Below are positions 12,501 to 24,375 of a stretch of DNA of 64,000 bases, piece by piece (position 1 is the stretch's first letter; each line of letters begins with the position of its first letter). The stretch comes from Paraspadella gotoi (lineage: Eukaryota > Animalia > Chaetognatha). Both the position numbers and the translations under genes were made by a program. The notes below the pieces were generated by a model. That model ran no database searches. It saw only the letters and a list, made by a program, of their open reading frames with translations, and was not told where the DNA came from. The DNA lies in NCBI GenBank assembly GCA_051294375.1, contig CM119264.1, forward strand, positions 5,077,045 through 5,141,044, read 5' to 3'.

Positions 12501-13837
12501 TTAAAAAATTAATATATGGAATATGGAGTAATATTAAAATTTTTTGTCTATTCAAATTTTTTAAAAAATGTCTAAATTTTTGTTTGAGCAGGTGCTTAAT
12601 TCAAATTTCTTAACCACCTTACTGAGTTAGGTTCCCCCTACTATTATTGCTTTATTGTTTTTATTCCCACGGTCAGGCTCTCTGCTTCCACATCCTTGTC
12701 CACTTAAAGATGCACCTCAACTTTTTGTTGGTAGCCGAATTCCGTCCTAAACTCTGCAGGAGGAAGAAGAAAAAAGCGTCGGTGAAGAAGATCCTAAATG
12801 TGAGAGATGGGGAGGTAGAATTGAAGTTGATTTTATTTAATAGAGGATTTTGAAAGTACTGATATGTAGAAGGGTGATATGCTTTGCGTTATAAAAGAAA
12901 ATAAATATTAGGTACTAGGTAGTGTTTTTTCCGTAGCCTATAAAAAAATTTTAGCTTCGTTATTAGATACCAAAGGTGAAGAAGATAGAGATGAAAACTT
13001 TTCCCGACATTTTTACCTTTCTTTTACTCTCTTTTCATCTCTTTTTTTTCACAGAATCCTTCCAACAGTCCACCAACTTCTCCTCGTTCCCGAACTTCTA
13101 TTCCATCCCCTTATCGATCCCCAAAGACATCGATTCACCCTTCTCCCCACAGATCCCCCCTTTCCTCATCACTTATCACCGCCTCTCCCTCGGTCCACGG
13201 GGGAGGATTAGATCACTCCCCCTACCAGTCTGTCCCTTCACCCTCTTCATCCTATCCTAACCATTCCCCCTATCGTTCTCCTTTTCGAAGCTCCTTTACC
13301 CCAAACCACAGCGCCCATTCTCCCTCTAGTCACCCTTCTCAATCCCCATATCGCTCTCCATTTCGCAATTCCTTTACTCCCAATCACAGCCCCCGCCCTC
13401 CACCTGGTCACTCGTCCAAATCCCCTCATCGTTCCCCTTACAGGAACAGCCTAACCCAAAAATCCACTTACCCTTCCCAATCCCCTTATCGGTCTCCCTT
13501 TCATCACGCCATTACCTCTACTAAATGTAGCCCCCACTCTCCTGGTGAGGTTGAGCGCCCACGCCCCTCCCCGGGCTCCCGAAAAGCGGGCTCACTGCAT
13601 CGGGCTTCAGGCGAAGAATGCTTGGAGGATCGTCGCTCCTTAACGGGAACATGGTCGGGCTTGGATAAACGACGGGGCTCCGGTTCTGGCTTCTCTACGG
13701 CTACGGCGGCTGCCGGCTGGTGGAAATCTCCCGTCGGGCTTTCGCCAGGCAGAACCAGTGTCAATATTGGCATATACTGTGGCGAAAGGCCTATTACTCG
13801 TCACCTGCTGAAGAAACCTTCATCAGTTGGAGTGTGA
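9506..13837 (+). CDS. Four-exon gene for a ~401-aa protein with 3 predicted TM helices and a Ser-Pro/SPYRSP-repeat tail
   Basis: Exons 9506-9636, 10670-10818, 12672-12814 and 13055-13837. Intron phases 2, 1 and 0 all join in frame. All donors are GT; acceptors are AG except exon 3 (CACG). The last exon has 260 stop-free codons. Confidence 0.75.
12200..12645 (-). mobile_element. Family A transposon terminal sequence, inside intron 2 of the 9506-13837 gene
   Basis: Inverted diverged copy of 6215-6660. Confidence 0.7.
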
Positions 13838-15425
13838 ACTTAATTTTTGCTCAAAAAAATCTACAAATATTTTTTATTTTAGATTAATAGTTATGAAATT
13901 AACATGTTTATTATGTGAACTTAGATAAATTTCAAGCTACACCTTTGAGAATTTTAAGCTTGGTTTTCAAACATCTGAGCTCTCTGTATATCTCTAGCGC
14001 AAAAATTCAAAAATATTAGCTGTAATTAATGATTTTTTTTTACTCCTGTCATTAAATAAAATTTACGTAACTTTGAACAAGAACCAGCAAGTTAAACTCG
14101 TTGTGCTGCTGTGTCTTTCTTCTGTGGATGTTTCATGAAAATCTAGTGACTTTACAAGTGTGAAACATATGCACAAGAAGTATCTTATGGTTTATTACTT
14201 TTATGTGAGGTTTTAAGCAAGATAACCAAATATAATATAAAATATGCCGTGACCACTGACCACACTACTTATTTACAAATTTATTGTCAATGAAAACCGT
14301 TGCAATTTTTAGACTATGACGTAACTTCGATATACCGTTTGCAAAATCGCAGAGTGCAGTTTTTAATACTTATGGTTTTAAAGCCGTACATGCTTCGAAG
14401 TCTGAAACCTATGCACAAATAGCATTTACCCTGCGGCAAAAAAAAAGCAGTTACTTTTTCACATTCACAACCGTATTAGATGGCTAAATTCTATAAACAT
14501 ATAAAAAACATAAAATAAAGCTTATTTAAAGTGGAAGCAATTAATTCAAGCCCCAATAAAATGGACTAAAGCGTTCGAAAGTTATATGACGACAAACTCG
14601 AATGGTACAAAAATAGTAAAAAAAAAGAAATTAGTTTTCGTCTAAAAGAGTCAATGACTTTTCCCTATTAAAAAATAATTATATTATGATATTGTATGAA
14701 AAAATTCTGGGATAGGTATCAACTATTTTTAACCTAAATCAAAATAAAATAAGTAAGGAAACTATATAGAAAAACAATCAGTCAGAAAAAGAAGTATTAT
14801 CAACTTAACCTCCAAAAATTATTTTTTCTCAATTCCGTTTTCTGACTCAGACTTTTAAAGTATTGCTATATTCTACTGCCTTAACCAATTTTTTTCATGC
14901 ACCAATCGATTGCTTTATAAACAAGTTTGAGCAGACAATGTCGGATCTGCCCACGATCATTATCGGTAATTAATTAATTAATCCGACTAAAAATCTATAC
15001 TTTTCATAAATATTTTTTCAAAATTAAAAAAGATATAGAAGGGTATTTAAAGCTAACAAGTGGCTACTTTTTTTTGCGCCGCAGTCTACAAATGCCTTAT
15101 CAGTCTGCCGATTTTCAACTAAAATAATTTAAAATTTCAAGAATTTTGATGTGATCGCTTTTTAAGGTGAGTAGTATGCATATTATATAGAGCATATACT
15201 TTTGTAATATGAAAAAAGAATTATTTCAGTATTTAGTACTTCCAAAAAAATTTGGTAAAACTTACTTTGACGTTTAAAATCATATAAATGATAATTATGT
15301 TATTTGAATTTTTGCGTTTAAATAGCGACATTCAGCAATAAATAAATTCATTTTTGACAAATGTTGTTCATGAAAAGACCAAAATAATTGTAGTGAGTTA
15401 GTGACAGAACCGTTCAATATAAGCA

Positions 15426-16115
15426 GTAAGGAGGGCCAAAATTGATAACTTTTTATCATTAGGAGTTCTGTAATATAAAATTCATTTCTCCATCATATAC
15501 TTACTTTTTTAACTTGTGAGGCATAGTATAATATTGAAGCATTTAAAATATTTATCAATGTATAGTAAAGTGGAGCACTGGGGAACATAAATTTTANNNN
15601 NNNNNNNNNNNNNNNNNNNNNNNNNNNNNNNNNNNNNNNNNNNNNNNNNNNNNNNNNNNNNNNNNNNNNNNNNNNNNNNNNNNNNNNNNNNNNNNNNNNN
15701 NNNNNNNNNNNNNNNNNNNNNNNNNNNNNNNNNNNNNNNNNNNNNNNNNNNNNNNNNNNNNNNNNNNNNNNNNNNNNNNNNNNNNNNNNNNNNNNNNNNN
15801 NNNNNNNNNNNNNNNNNNNNNNNNNNNNNNNNNNNNNNNNNNNNNNNNNNNNNNNNNNNNNNNNNNNNNNNNNNNNNNNNNNNNNNNNNNNNNNNNNNNN
15901 NNNNNNNNNNNNNNNNNNNNNNNNNNNNNNNNNNNNNNNNNNNNNNNNNNNNNNNNNNNNNNNNNNNNNNCTGTAATATAAAATTCATTTCTCCATCATA
16001 TACTTAATCACTATTCATTATCACTTTTTTAACTTGTGAGGCATAGTATAATATTGAAGCATTTAAATATTTATCAATGTATAGTAAAGTGGAGCACTGG
16101 GGAACATAAATTTTA
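15426..16115 (+). mobile_element. MITE-like dispersed repeat (family B), split and duplicated across an N gap
   Basis: TAAGG.GGGCCAAAATTGAT.ACTTTTTATCATTA.GAGTTCTGTAATATA is shared with 54239-54372. 15468-15596 is repeated at 15971-16115. It is preceded by a TRIM-LTR fragment (GAACCGTTCAATATAAGCAGT, about 15407-15427). Confidence 0.7.
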
Positions 16116-17146
16116 TTTAAGAGAACAAACAAGGATATTAATTCGATCTAAAATTATCATTCTCAACGATTCACATATATAACTTATGTGATTGTATTAA
16201 ATTCAATAATTTTTTAAAATATATTTTCTCCTGGAGACGGATGCCGCGCTCTCTTGACATCCATCATATGGGTTTTACAATATATTAATTAACACAGACT
16301 ACCTACGATCTTATAAGGTTTCATGATAAAATATTTTGCATATTTTGTTTTTTCCATTTAGATTCTTCAATTGGCCTTTAACCATGGAAAAGAATTCTTT
16401 TCTTCTTGCTTTCGAAAGTATTTTTATTTATTATAGATTTTCACTAAACCAATAATGAATTGTAACTGGTAGAAGTCGTCAAAGAAACAGTTTTTAAATC
16501 GCATAAGATTAGAAATTCTCTTTCCTTTTTTCAATTGGTTTGAGATCACTTCAAATATATAGAGGAAAATTTGACGGATTTTTGTTTTATTATTAGGTAA
16601 ACAGACACATGTTAGAATAGACTGCTTTAGTTATCAGTAACATAATCAATCAAGAAAAAAAGATAATCGTAGGAATATGAAATATTTTGTGATTTTAAAA
16701 CTCAATACTAATAAGAAAGAAGAAATCATAATACCTTAATTCAAAAATTAACAAAATTTCTAATTAATCACAAGACTCGCTCCACTAATATATTAAGATA
16801 CGAATCAAATTTGTTAAAATTTCACTAATAATTTCAATCAATTTACTTATTATATTATTATTGTTATAAAACATTGCAACAGATTTGAAGTAGTAAGATT
16901 TTTTTTCTCAACTGTTTCTTTTCTTTCATTTACTTCTCTCTCTCATCTCACTCTCTATCTCTCTCATTTTCATCTCTTTATTCAATACCATTCTTCCACT
17001 TTTTTAAAACTTAACTCCTGTCCCTCGTCCTCACCCTAATTGACCGCTCTTTTTCTACACTCTGTGTTGGGAAAAAACCTCTGCCCTTCGTTCTCTCTTC
17101 TCTCTGTTTTTCTTTTTTCTCCTTTTACCAATTTCTCTTCAATTAG

Positions 17147-17201
17147 CTGATGAGGGCTTTGAAATCAAGCCCAGTCTGTCTTTACTAGATAAAAATCGTT
17201 G
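17147..17201 (+). ncRNA. Degenerate hammerhead-ribozyme remnant (Penelope-type)
   Basis: CTGATGA-G-GGCTT-loop-AAGCC with GAAA missing, followed by ATAAAAATCGTTG as in the copies at 26082 and 29274. Confidence 0.4.
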
Positions 17202-18339
17202 GGCTACAAAACCCAAGTTCAAAATTTCTTTATTTGCGTTTAATTAATAGGTTAAATATTTCAAAAGTCAAGGTAGTAAGGTTATAGTTTGTGAATATAT
17301 TTACTATAAATTCACTTATCCACATATATACAATTAAAATGATAACTGAGGCGACTTATCTAAAGAAAAAAAAGCTTACTGATAAGGTTAACAGGCACAA
17401 GATAACCTTTTGAGAAATCAGTTTTATATCTCTAAGAAATACAAAAAAACTTTATTAGATCATTTTCCCAAACCCCTTCAACTTCCTGTTTTATGAGCTT
17501 AAATTTTATATTCTTTTTAAAAACACAAGCTATAGCCACCGAAATCCATTCAGGTTTTTATTAAATTCTAACACAAAAGATAATTTTAAAAAAAAGATAA
17601 ATTAGTTACTCGAATTTATTTTTTAAGTTTTATAATAAAAGGATGTAAAAACACTTGGTATTTAGTATTATTGTAAATTTAGGGATTAGTTTTGGGGTTA
17701 AACTTCATTATTTTATGTTATTTTAATTGTCTAAATTTAAAATAGTAAAATTAGGAATTTTAAATTGTGTGCTAAAAAATTGGGAACCGACTTAATATTT
17801 AAAATACTCACTATCTCGCAAATAAATAAAAATCTTTGCATATGGACTTTAAAACAGTTTTTTAGCTCTTTTTAAGCTAACTATAAAATATTTTTTATAA
17901 CTTAATAATTTTAGTGAGGTTCAAGTTATTTTTGTGGCATTTAAAATCAATATTTCATACAAAATTATAACAATCAAAACACTTAAATATGCCGGAAAAA
18001 ACATCACCTCCGGCTAGGGCCACGCCCATAATGAATATATTTTTAATTTTAGTAAAACAAACAAGGGGGAATAAGCTACTGCGTGTTATTTTACCTAATA
18101 AATGGTGGAAAAATTTTAATATTATGGTTATTAAAATACTTGTTATTTAAAAGATATATCATGTTTTCAACCATCAATTTTTTTTTGCATCGAAGTACTT
18201 GTTCATTTGACGCTCGATTGGTTTTGAAAAAACATTTTAACCTAAACAGGCTTTAAAATCAAATTTAAGATAAGAATAAGGGAAAACCAGACCGAGTGAG
18301 AACTTAGTATGAGGTTTTACCGAGGCTGGGAACTCTATG

Positions 18340-18478
18340 GGTCGTCTGCTTGGTTGACAGCTTGGTCGCCTGCTTGGTGAAGCCTGGTCGTTTGGATGGT
18401 TGACAGCTTGGTCGCCTGCTTGGCTGATAGCTTGGTCCCCTGCTTTGTTGACAGCTTGTGTCGCCTTCAGGAGACACA
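18340..18478. repeat. 12/24-bp minisatellite (GGTTGACAGCTTGGTCGCCTGCTT)
   Basis: About 5-6 degenerate tandem units, which give the QAGDQAVN-like repeats in the ORF track. Confidence 0.8.
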
Positions 18479-19199
18479 AGGTCGTCTGCTCCTGAGCTAA
18501 ATTTTCCTTTTTTTCTCGCCAGTCTCATTGTTTGCGCCGCCGTCACGACGCCACGTGACGAGACACCGTAACATTGCGCCTTTTTTATCTCTTTTTTGTT
18601 GAAAAAGCGTCTCTTTCTCTCTCTCTCTCTCTCTTCTCATCTCTGCTCTCTCTCGTCTCTCTCTTTATCCTCCTTCGTTTTTTTTTCTTTTGTTTTTGGA
18701 TAAAGACGGTCGGGGGGGGAGATACAGAAGGAGGGTAAGGAAGGGAAGATAGAAAGATAGAAGAGAAGAAGGGGCGTGCGAAAGGCGAGGAGGATACCGG
18801 AAAAAAGGGGAGGACAAGAAATTAATGGCAGAAGGAGAAAGATTGAAGGAAGATTATGAGAGAAAGAGGAAATAAAAAGGGAGAAATTATAAGGAAGATT
18901 TTAGAAGAAGGGAAAAGATTAGAGAATAAAAATGCTTTGGAAAATCCTAAAAGGAAAAGGCATGGCACAGGAGTAAGATAAAGCGTGGGGTTGGCATGAG
19001 AGGGTTTAGGCATGTCGGACGCTGCGAAGAGGTGAGGGGCTGGACAATGCAGACATGGTAGGCATAAGGGGTGGGGTTTAATTCAATTTTTCCGCATTTT
19101 TCTTTTGAAAGCTTTTTGTGTCGTTGGTGTTCGGCTTTTAATTCTACGAAAAATATTTTCAAAACAAAACTATTGAAAAAAACCAAATTAAAAAAAGGT

Positions 19200-19600
19200 T
19201 TTTGTGGATTACAGTTGAGGCCATTTTTTCTTTTTTATTCACAGTTGAGGCTTTTCTTTTTTGATTTACAGTTTGAGGCCGTTTTTTCTTTTGATTTGAG
19301 TTGAGGGCCTTTTTTCTTTTTGATTTCATTGAGGTTTTTTGATTTACAGTTGCGGCTTTTCTTTGTTTGATTTAACAGTTGAGGGCCTTTTTTCCTTTTT
19401 TGATTTCATAAGTTGAGGCTTTTTGATACAGTCGAGGCCTTTTTTCCTTTGATTTAAGTTGAGGCCTTTTTTTTTTTGATTTACAGTTGAGAACTTTTTT
19501 GATTTATAGTTGAGCCTTTTTTGATTTACGTTGAGGCCTTTTTTATTTACAGTGAGGCCTTGTTTTCCTTTTTTGAGAATTTACGTTGAGGCCTTTTTCC
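19200..19600. repeat. ~25-30-bp minisatellite (TTTGATTTACAGTTGAGGCCTTTTT)
   Basis: More than a dozen variable-length tandem units are visible. Confidence 0.9.
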
Positions 19601-19924
19601 ATTAAATCCTTGTTTCTTTGTTTCAAATAGCGGGTTTTATGTTCGTGTTATGTAATGTTATTTTCGGAGTGAATATGTACATTATATATTTTTTAAATGA
19701 GTGTATTTGTATCAGAAAAATCAAAATTTTAAATTTTATGGCAGAGAGAGCGAAGAGAGGAGAGGAGGGAAAATAGAGGCACAAGGAAGAGAAGAGAGAG
19801 ACTCTTTCGCTTAGAAAGGCGACAATATAAAGGCAAAACTTGAAAGGTTTTTTTCGTCTATAAATTTATTTCTTTTGATGGAGAAGAAAATATCGAAGAT
19901 GAGCGAGCAATATTTGCAAGCTAC

Positions 19925-20056
19925 GCCGGCCGCCGCCTTCCGCGCTCGCCGCCTACCCTTCCCCGCTCCCGGCGCCGCCGCCGCGCCGCCTCCCGCCGCC
20001 TCCGCGCCGCCGCCGTCCCCGCCGCCGCCCCGCCTGTCCGCCGCCCTCGCCGCGCT
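19925..20056. repeat. (CCG)n-rich GC island
   Basis: Degenerate GCC/CCG triplets. Confidence 0.8.
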
Positions 20057-20077
20057 TCTGCATCATCGGTTTTTCAT

Positions 20078-20882
20078 TTTTAGTCGGATCTGCTTATCAG
20101 AAAATTCGCACTCTATACTCACTTTGGTGTCGCTTCGGGTCGTCCGGGCCCCCTCCATCTTGTTGGGCATTCATTTATATCATGTCAGAACATAATATAT
20201 GATAATTACTGGCGAAAAAAATTGAATGTCCGCGTCCTTCTGATCTGTTGTCCTCCGTGTCCGGCTGTTTGTCCCCCCTTTACAAACTCAAATTATTTAG
20301 ATTGTATGATTGGTATGTGTGTGGTAGGAAGTGTAGTGATTTGAGCTTGGATATCAAGTTTTGATAGAATGGTGGAGTGGAATGAGTTAAATGGAAAAAT
20401 TTCACGATTTTTGAATATTTTTACTAATTTTAACCCATCAATTACTAAAAATTATTCAATAATTAAATAGATAGAATGTAGAAGAAATTTTGTGTGTATA
20501 GGTAGGAAAGTGTGTGATTGAGCAGAAATATAACGTTCAGATTAATCAAGGAAGTAGAAATGAGTTTGCATAAGAACCAAAGTCAATTGATTTGAATTTT
20601 TAGTTATTTATGCTACTCATGAAATTATTTAATTAGTTATCAATTGATTATATACAATTTAAAAATTATGCAGTTGAAATATGCGCGAATTGAAAGGTTG
20701 AAAAATTATAATCAGAGATAGAAAATTTATTTTGTTTGTACCCATTGTTCCAGCGGGTTTTAGCATGTATTCAGGCGAGCAGCACACAATTTGGTTGGCA
20801 GTGGTAGATCTGTTATCATACTTGCAGGAAATTATCTGGATTAGGCTGATTTACGGCTTAATTATCGTAGGCAGATCCGACA
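20078..20882 (+). mobile_element. DINE-1/HINE-like non-autonomous Helentron element (family H1)
   Basis: 5' TTTTAGTCGGATCTGC and 3' GCAGATCCGAC subterminal inverted repeats, a GTCY-like tract, and the shared core TTTTGTGTGT..GGTAGGAAAGTGTGTGATTGAGC. Confidence 0.7.
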
Positions 20883-23800
20883 TATGTTTGCTCAACCTGT
20901 TTTTATTGAAAAACTAAAAAAAGATCTGTTTTCGCTTCCTCCTCACCACAAATGGAACGCTTAAATCTCTCGTCTTGAACCTATCTATCTCTGCTCTCGC
21001 GATCTTTAACTCGAATCAGTACTATTGCTGTCCTCCCATGATGTCGCATCTTTTCTAATCTTCGATGCATATCCCTCGTTTCCTCTTCTCTCGTCTCCCT
21101 CCCCTTTGATTCTGCTACTCCCTTCAGTATTCCCTGTTTCCTGATCACTCTGCCGCTCTCTCATAATCTAGTTCCCGACTTGCAGCCATAACTACGCTTG
21201 CCGCTGCGCACTCTCCTCCGCCGCTTTCTTCACGTAGTTATGCTTCTCGAAGCCCTGCTCTCTCTCTCTCTCCTCATCTCTCTGTCCCTGCTCCTTTTCC
21301 TATTCTCACTGTCCACAAAAAAATATCATTTTTTACTTTCGAATGGCGAACATCTTCTGTATATCAGTGAGTCCAGGCTCGGCTGAATTTTAATTCACAG
21401 CTCTTTTCCTGGCCAAAAATTTTATATCTGTGCCTTTTTACTCTGTCTGATACTCCTTGCCTTCTTATCGGACAAGTAGGGCTTTTTTTTAACCACCTGT
21501 TTTATTGGTAGATCGGACGATAAAATTGTAACAAAATTGAGAGACTGCCAAATAGCTAAACGGTACAATTTTCTATGCACTATCGTCTTGGACTTCTGTT
21601 ACCTTGTTGAAATTCGGTTATCATCACACTCATTGTCACACCAGAGTCCAGGGCTAGGTTTACCTACTTATTTTTCCAGTTTAAGAGGAATTTAAGAGCA
21701 ACAACGCATAATCGTCTAAATCAGAATGACAAAACAATCTGTTTCTAGTTTTTGGTATTACATTTTGTGCTGTGATTGTTTGCGGTTTAGAGATCTCAAG
21801 GGACATTTTGGGAAAGCATCGTTCTAAGGAACTTTAGGTTATTTTTTAAAGAGAATTGTGAACTTTAGAGCTATATAAAATGATTTTTATTAATTAAAAG
21901 TTGGAATATTAGTAATGTATCGGAAAAAACAACATTTGTTTGGAGAATGATAATAGCGAACTGAGAAATAATTTTGTTTTTGAGAAATCAATGTTTATGT
22001 TGCCAATCGATTATTGTCACTCTGATGTTTATTTTTTGATTTATTTATCTTTTTATGCAATTATATTCTCGTGAGTCTGGGCTGAGAAAAAATTTTTTTT
22101 TTAATTGTTTCGTTTTTTTCTTTTTTTTTTTTTGTTCTATTAGAGATATTGCAAGAGGAATTGGAGGACAGTTTCTTATACATTTGCTATTAATTTATTA
22201 TGAATCATTGGCTTTGAATAATACATACTGTAATGTGTGTATGGTAATTGATACGGAGTGAGCAAGTGATGGTTTAGTAAGAGTTGATGCAGGAAACAAG
22301 AGAAGCGACATACGAGAGAGTGAGGCACAAGAGTGAGAGCTCGAGAGCAAGCTAAAAGTGATGAGAGAAATCTGATCTGGTCTGTTTTAAGATGCAAGGT
22401 TGCACGTTCGAGGCTACCACAAAAATACTCTTTTTTTTCTCCGTAACCAGGAGAGTCAGATAAGAAAGGAATTTACTGTGACTGACAGTGGAAATGGGGC
22501 ATGGAGGAAGAGAAAGACAGAAAAAGAAGAGTCCAGCAACTGTTCGGACACAAGAGTGACATACAGATTACTCATATGGTAACTTTATGCCAGGACTCTA
22601 ACTATTCGATCACCAGATACAAATGACCTATGAATATGAATAATAGTAAGTGGTTGATTTATCAATAAATATCGTGTATTGCAGGACTACCCAATGGCCA
22701 CCTTTATAAATTAAACCTAATATTCACAAATGGAGGCACGTCTCATGATTCAATTGAAAAAATGACGCCACTAAAATATTAGCACTGAGGAGGGTAAATA
22801 TGGAAAAACTTTTTGATAGTAACAATATTTCTGCCAGAAGTATTACCAAACCTCTTGAGTACGACACAGTTAGCCAAAATTTTAAGAAAAAAATTTAAAA
22901 TATATTAGAGCTTAGCAGAGATTTTTTATTATAAAAAAATTTATGGACCCAACTTTTTAAGCTCGGTTTTAAGATTATTCTTTTTGACTTGCTTATAATG
23001 GCATAGCCAGACAACCAGGCAACGTCCTATAATCCTAAAAAGCCATTTATCCTATATAATGGAAAAGTTATCCCATGTGACCGCTCACATGAAGAGACAT
23101 GTCGTTGGGATGAGTTCGCGAGGTAGCGGTAAGTAATTATAAAGGTTGAAGATTAGCTTCTTAGGCTTCTCAAATAAAGATCGACGCGTATTAGTTCAGG
23201 GACAAGATAAAAAGTGTTTGGCTAGCATCTTGCGTGGCTCTTAATAATCTCGTAGGCGGCATCTAAAATATATTGAAAAAACTACAATTAATTAATAAAT
23301 TACAAATTGATCTTTTCTTCCTATTAAAACCTACTTCTACTGCTTGATTCCAGTTGGATGGAATTCCAGCTCAAATGAACTAATTTTTAAATCAACAGAC
23401 AAAATTTTCAACTCAATTGATTCATCAACGCATAATGTAATAAGAAGTCAAAGGTACATGGAGGATGAAGACAGGAGCATATGAGACAGACATCAATGTT
23501 TGAAGTTTTGAATATTCAAACGACAGGCTTAAACAGAGGAGATTCCGATTGCATTGTTTTTTAGAGATAATGTTGTTTACACATGTTAAAGATAACCAAT
23601 CTTCTTTTCTAGTGTTGAGAAGTTTATGTCAAGCATTTATGTACTTTAACTGGTATCTTGAGAGCTTTAAGGAGATTGTTCGATCTTAATTTTTCACTCA
23701 TAATACATTCAGCGGAGCTCAATGCCCACTAGGAATGAAGAAAAATAAAAAATGAAAAATCAACTGTACGGAAAATTATTTTTTCTTAACTGCATAGTTT

Positions 23801-24165
23801 TCTACGTAGACTGTACATCCGCGTCATAGTATCGTTAGTATATTTTAAAATGTTGTTTGTTCTAAATGTATACAGTCATACCTTTCTCCAAGTCGAGAGT
23901 GCGACCGCAGGTTTCTGAACATTTGAAATTAAACACTCCAGTTTCGTTTTGTCTTATTCTATGAAAGGAAAATTTGATTTTGGCATGTTATTTTTAACAC
24001 GTGCTAAATGTTTTTATTTATAACCAGGTCTTAGCTTAAATTTTAACCCCACCCAATAATTTTTAAAACCCTACAACCCCAAAGCTATCTGTAACCCAAA
24101 TCCCCAATCTAAATCATCAACTAATTAATGATAATAGATGTCAAAGGTATACTTTTACTCAATAA

Positions 24166-24375
24166 TGAAATGGGGCTTCCCTGGGGGCAAATAGCGCCGA
24201 AATGGAGGCGTTTCTGGTAAAATAAGGCCGAAATGGGGTATTCTGAGAAAACATGTCGAATGGAGTTCCGGAAAAATAAGGCCAACATGAGGGCGTTCTT
24301 GAAAAAAAGACGAAATGCAGGTGTTTTGGAAAAAATATGGTTGAAATGGGGATTTCATGGGAAAATTAGGCCAGC
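24166..24375. repeat. Degenerate ~30-bp minisatellite (GAAATGGGG...GGAAAAATAAGGCC)
   Basis: About 7 diverged tandem units. Confidence 0.7.

Noticed and set aside
6215-12645. One 6.4-kb transposon bounded by the inverted family A copies
   Set aside because: The right copy sits in intron 2 of a gene that continues beyond it, a third copy exists at about 59300, and no TSD or transposase is visible. Independent insertions are simpler.
13504-13773. Minus-strand 89-aa ORF
   Set aside because: It is the antisense shadow of the 260-codon plus-strand exon.
19200-19600. CRISPR-like array
   Set aside because: Units are separated only by T runs with no unique spacers, there are no cas genes, and the context is eukaryotic.
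19875-20195. Pro/Ala-rich 106-aa ORF
   Set aside because: It derives from a CCG repeat running into a HINE element.
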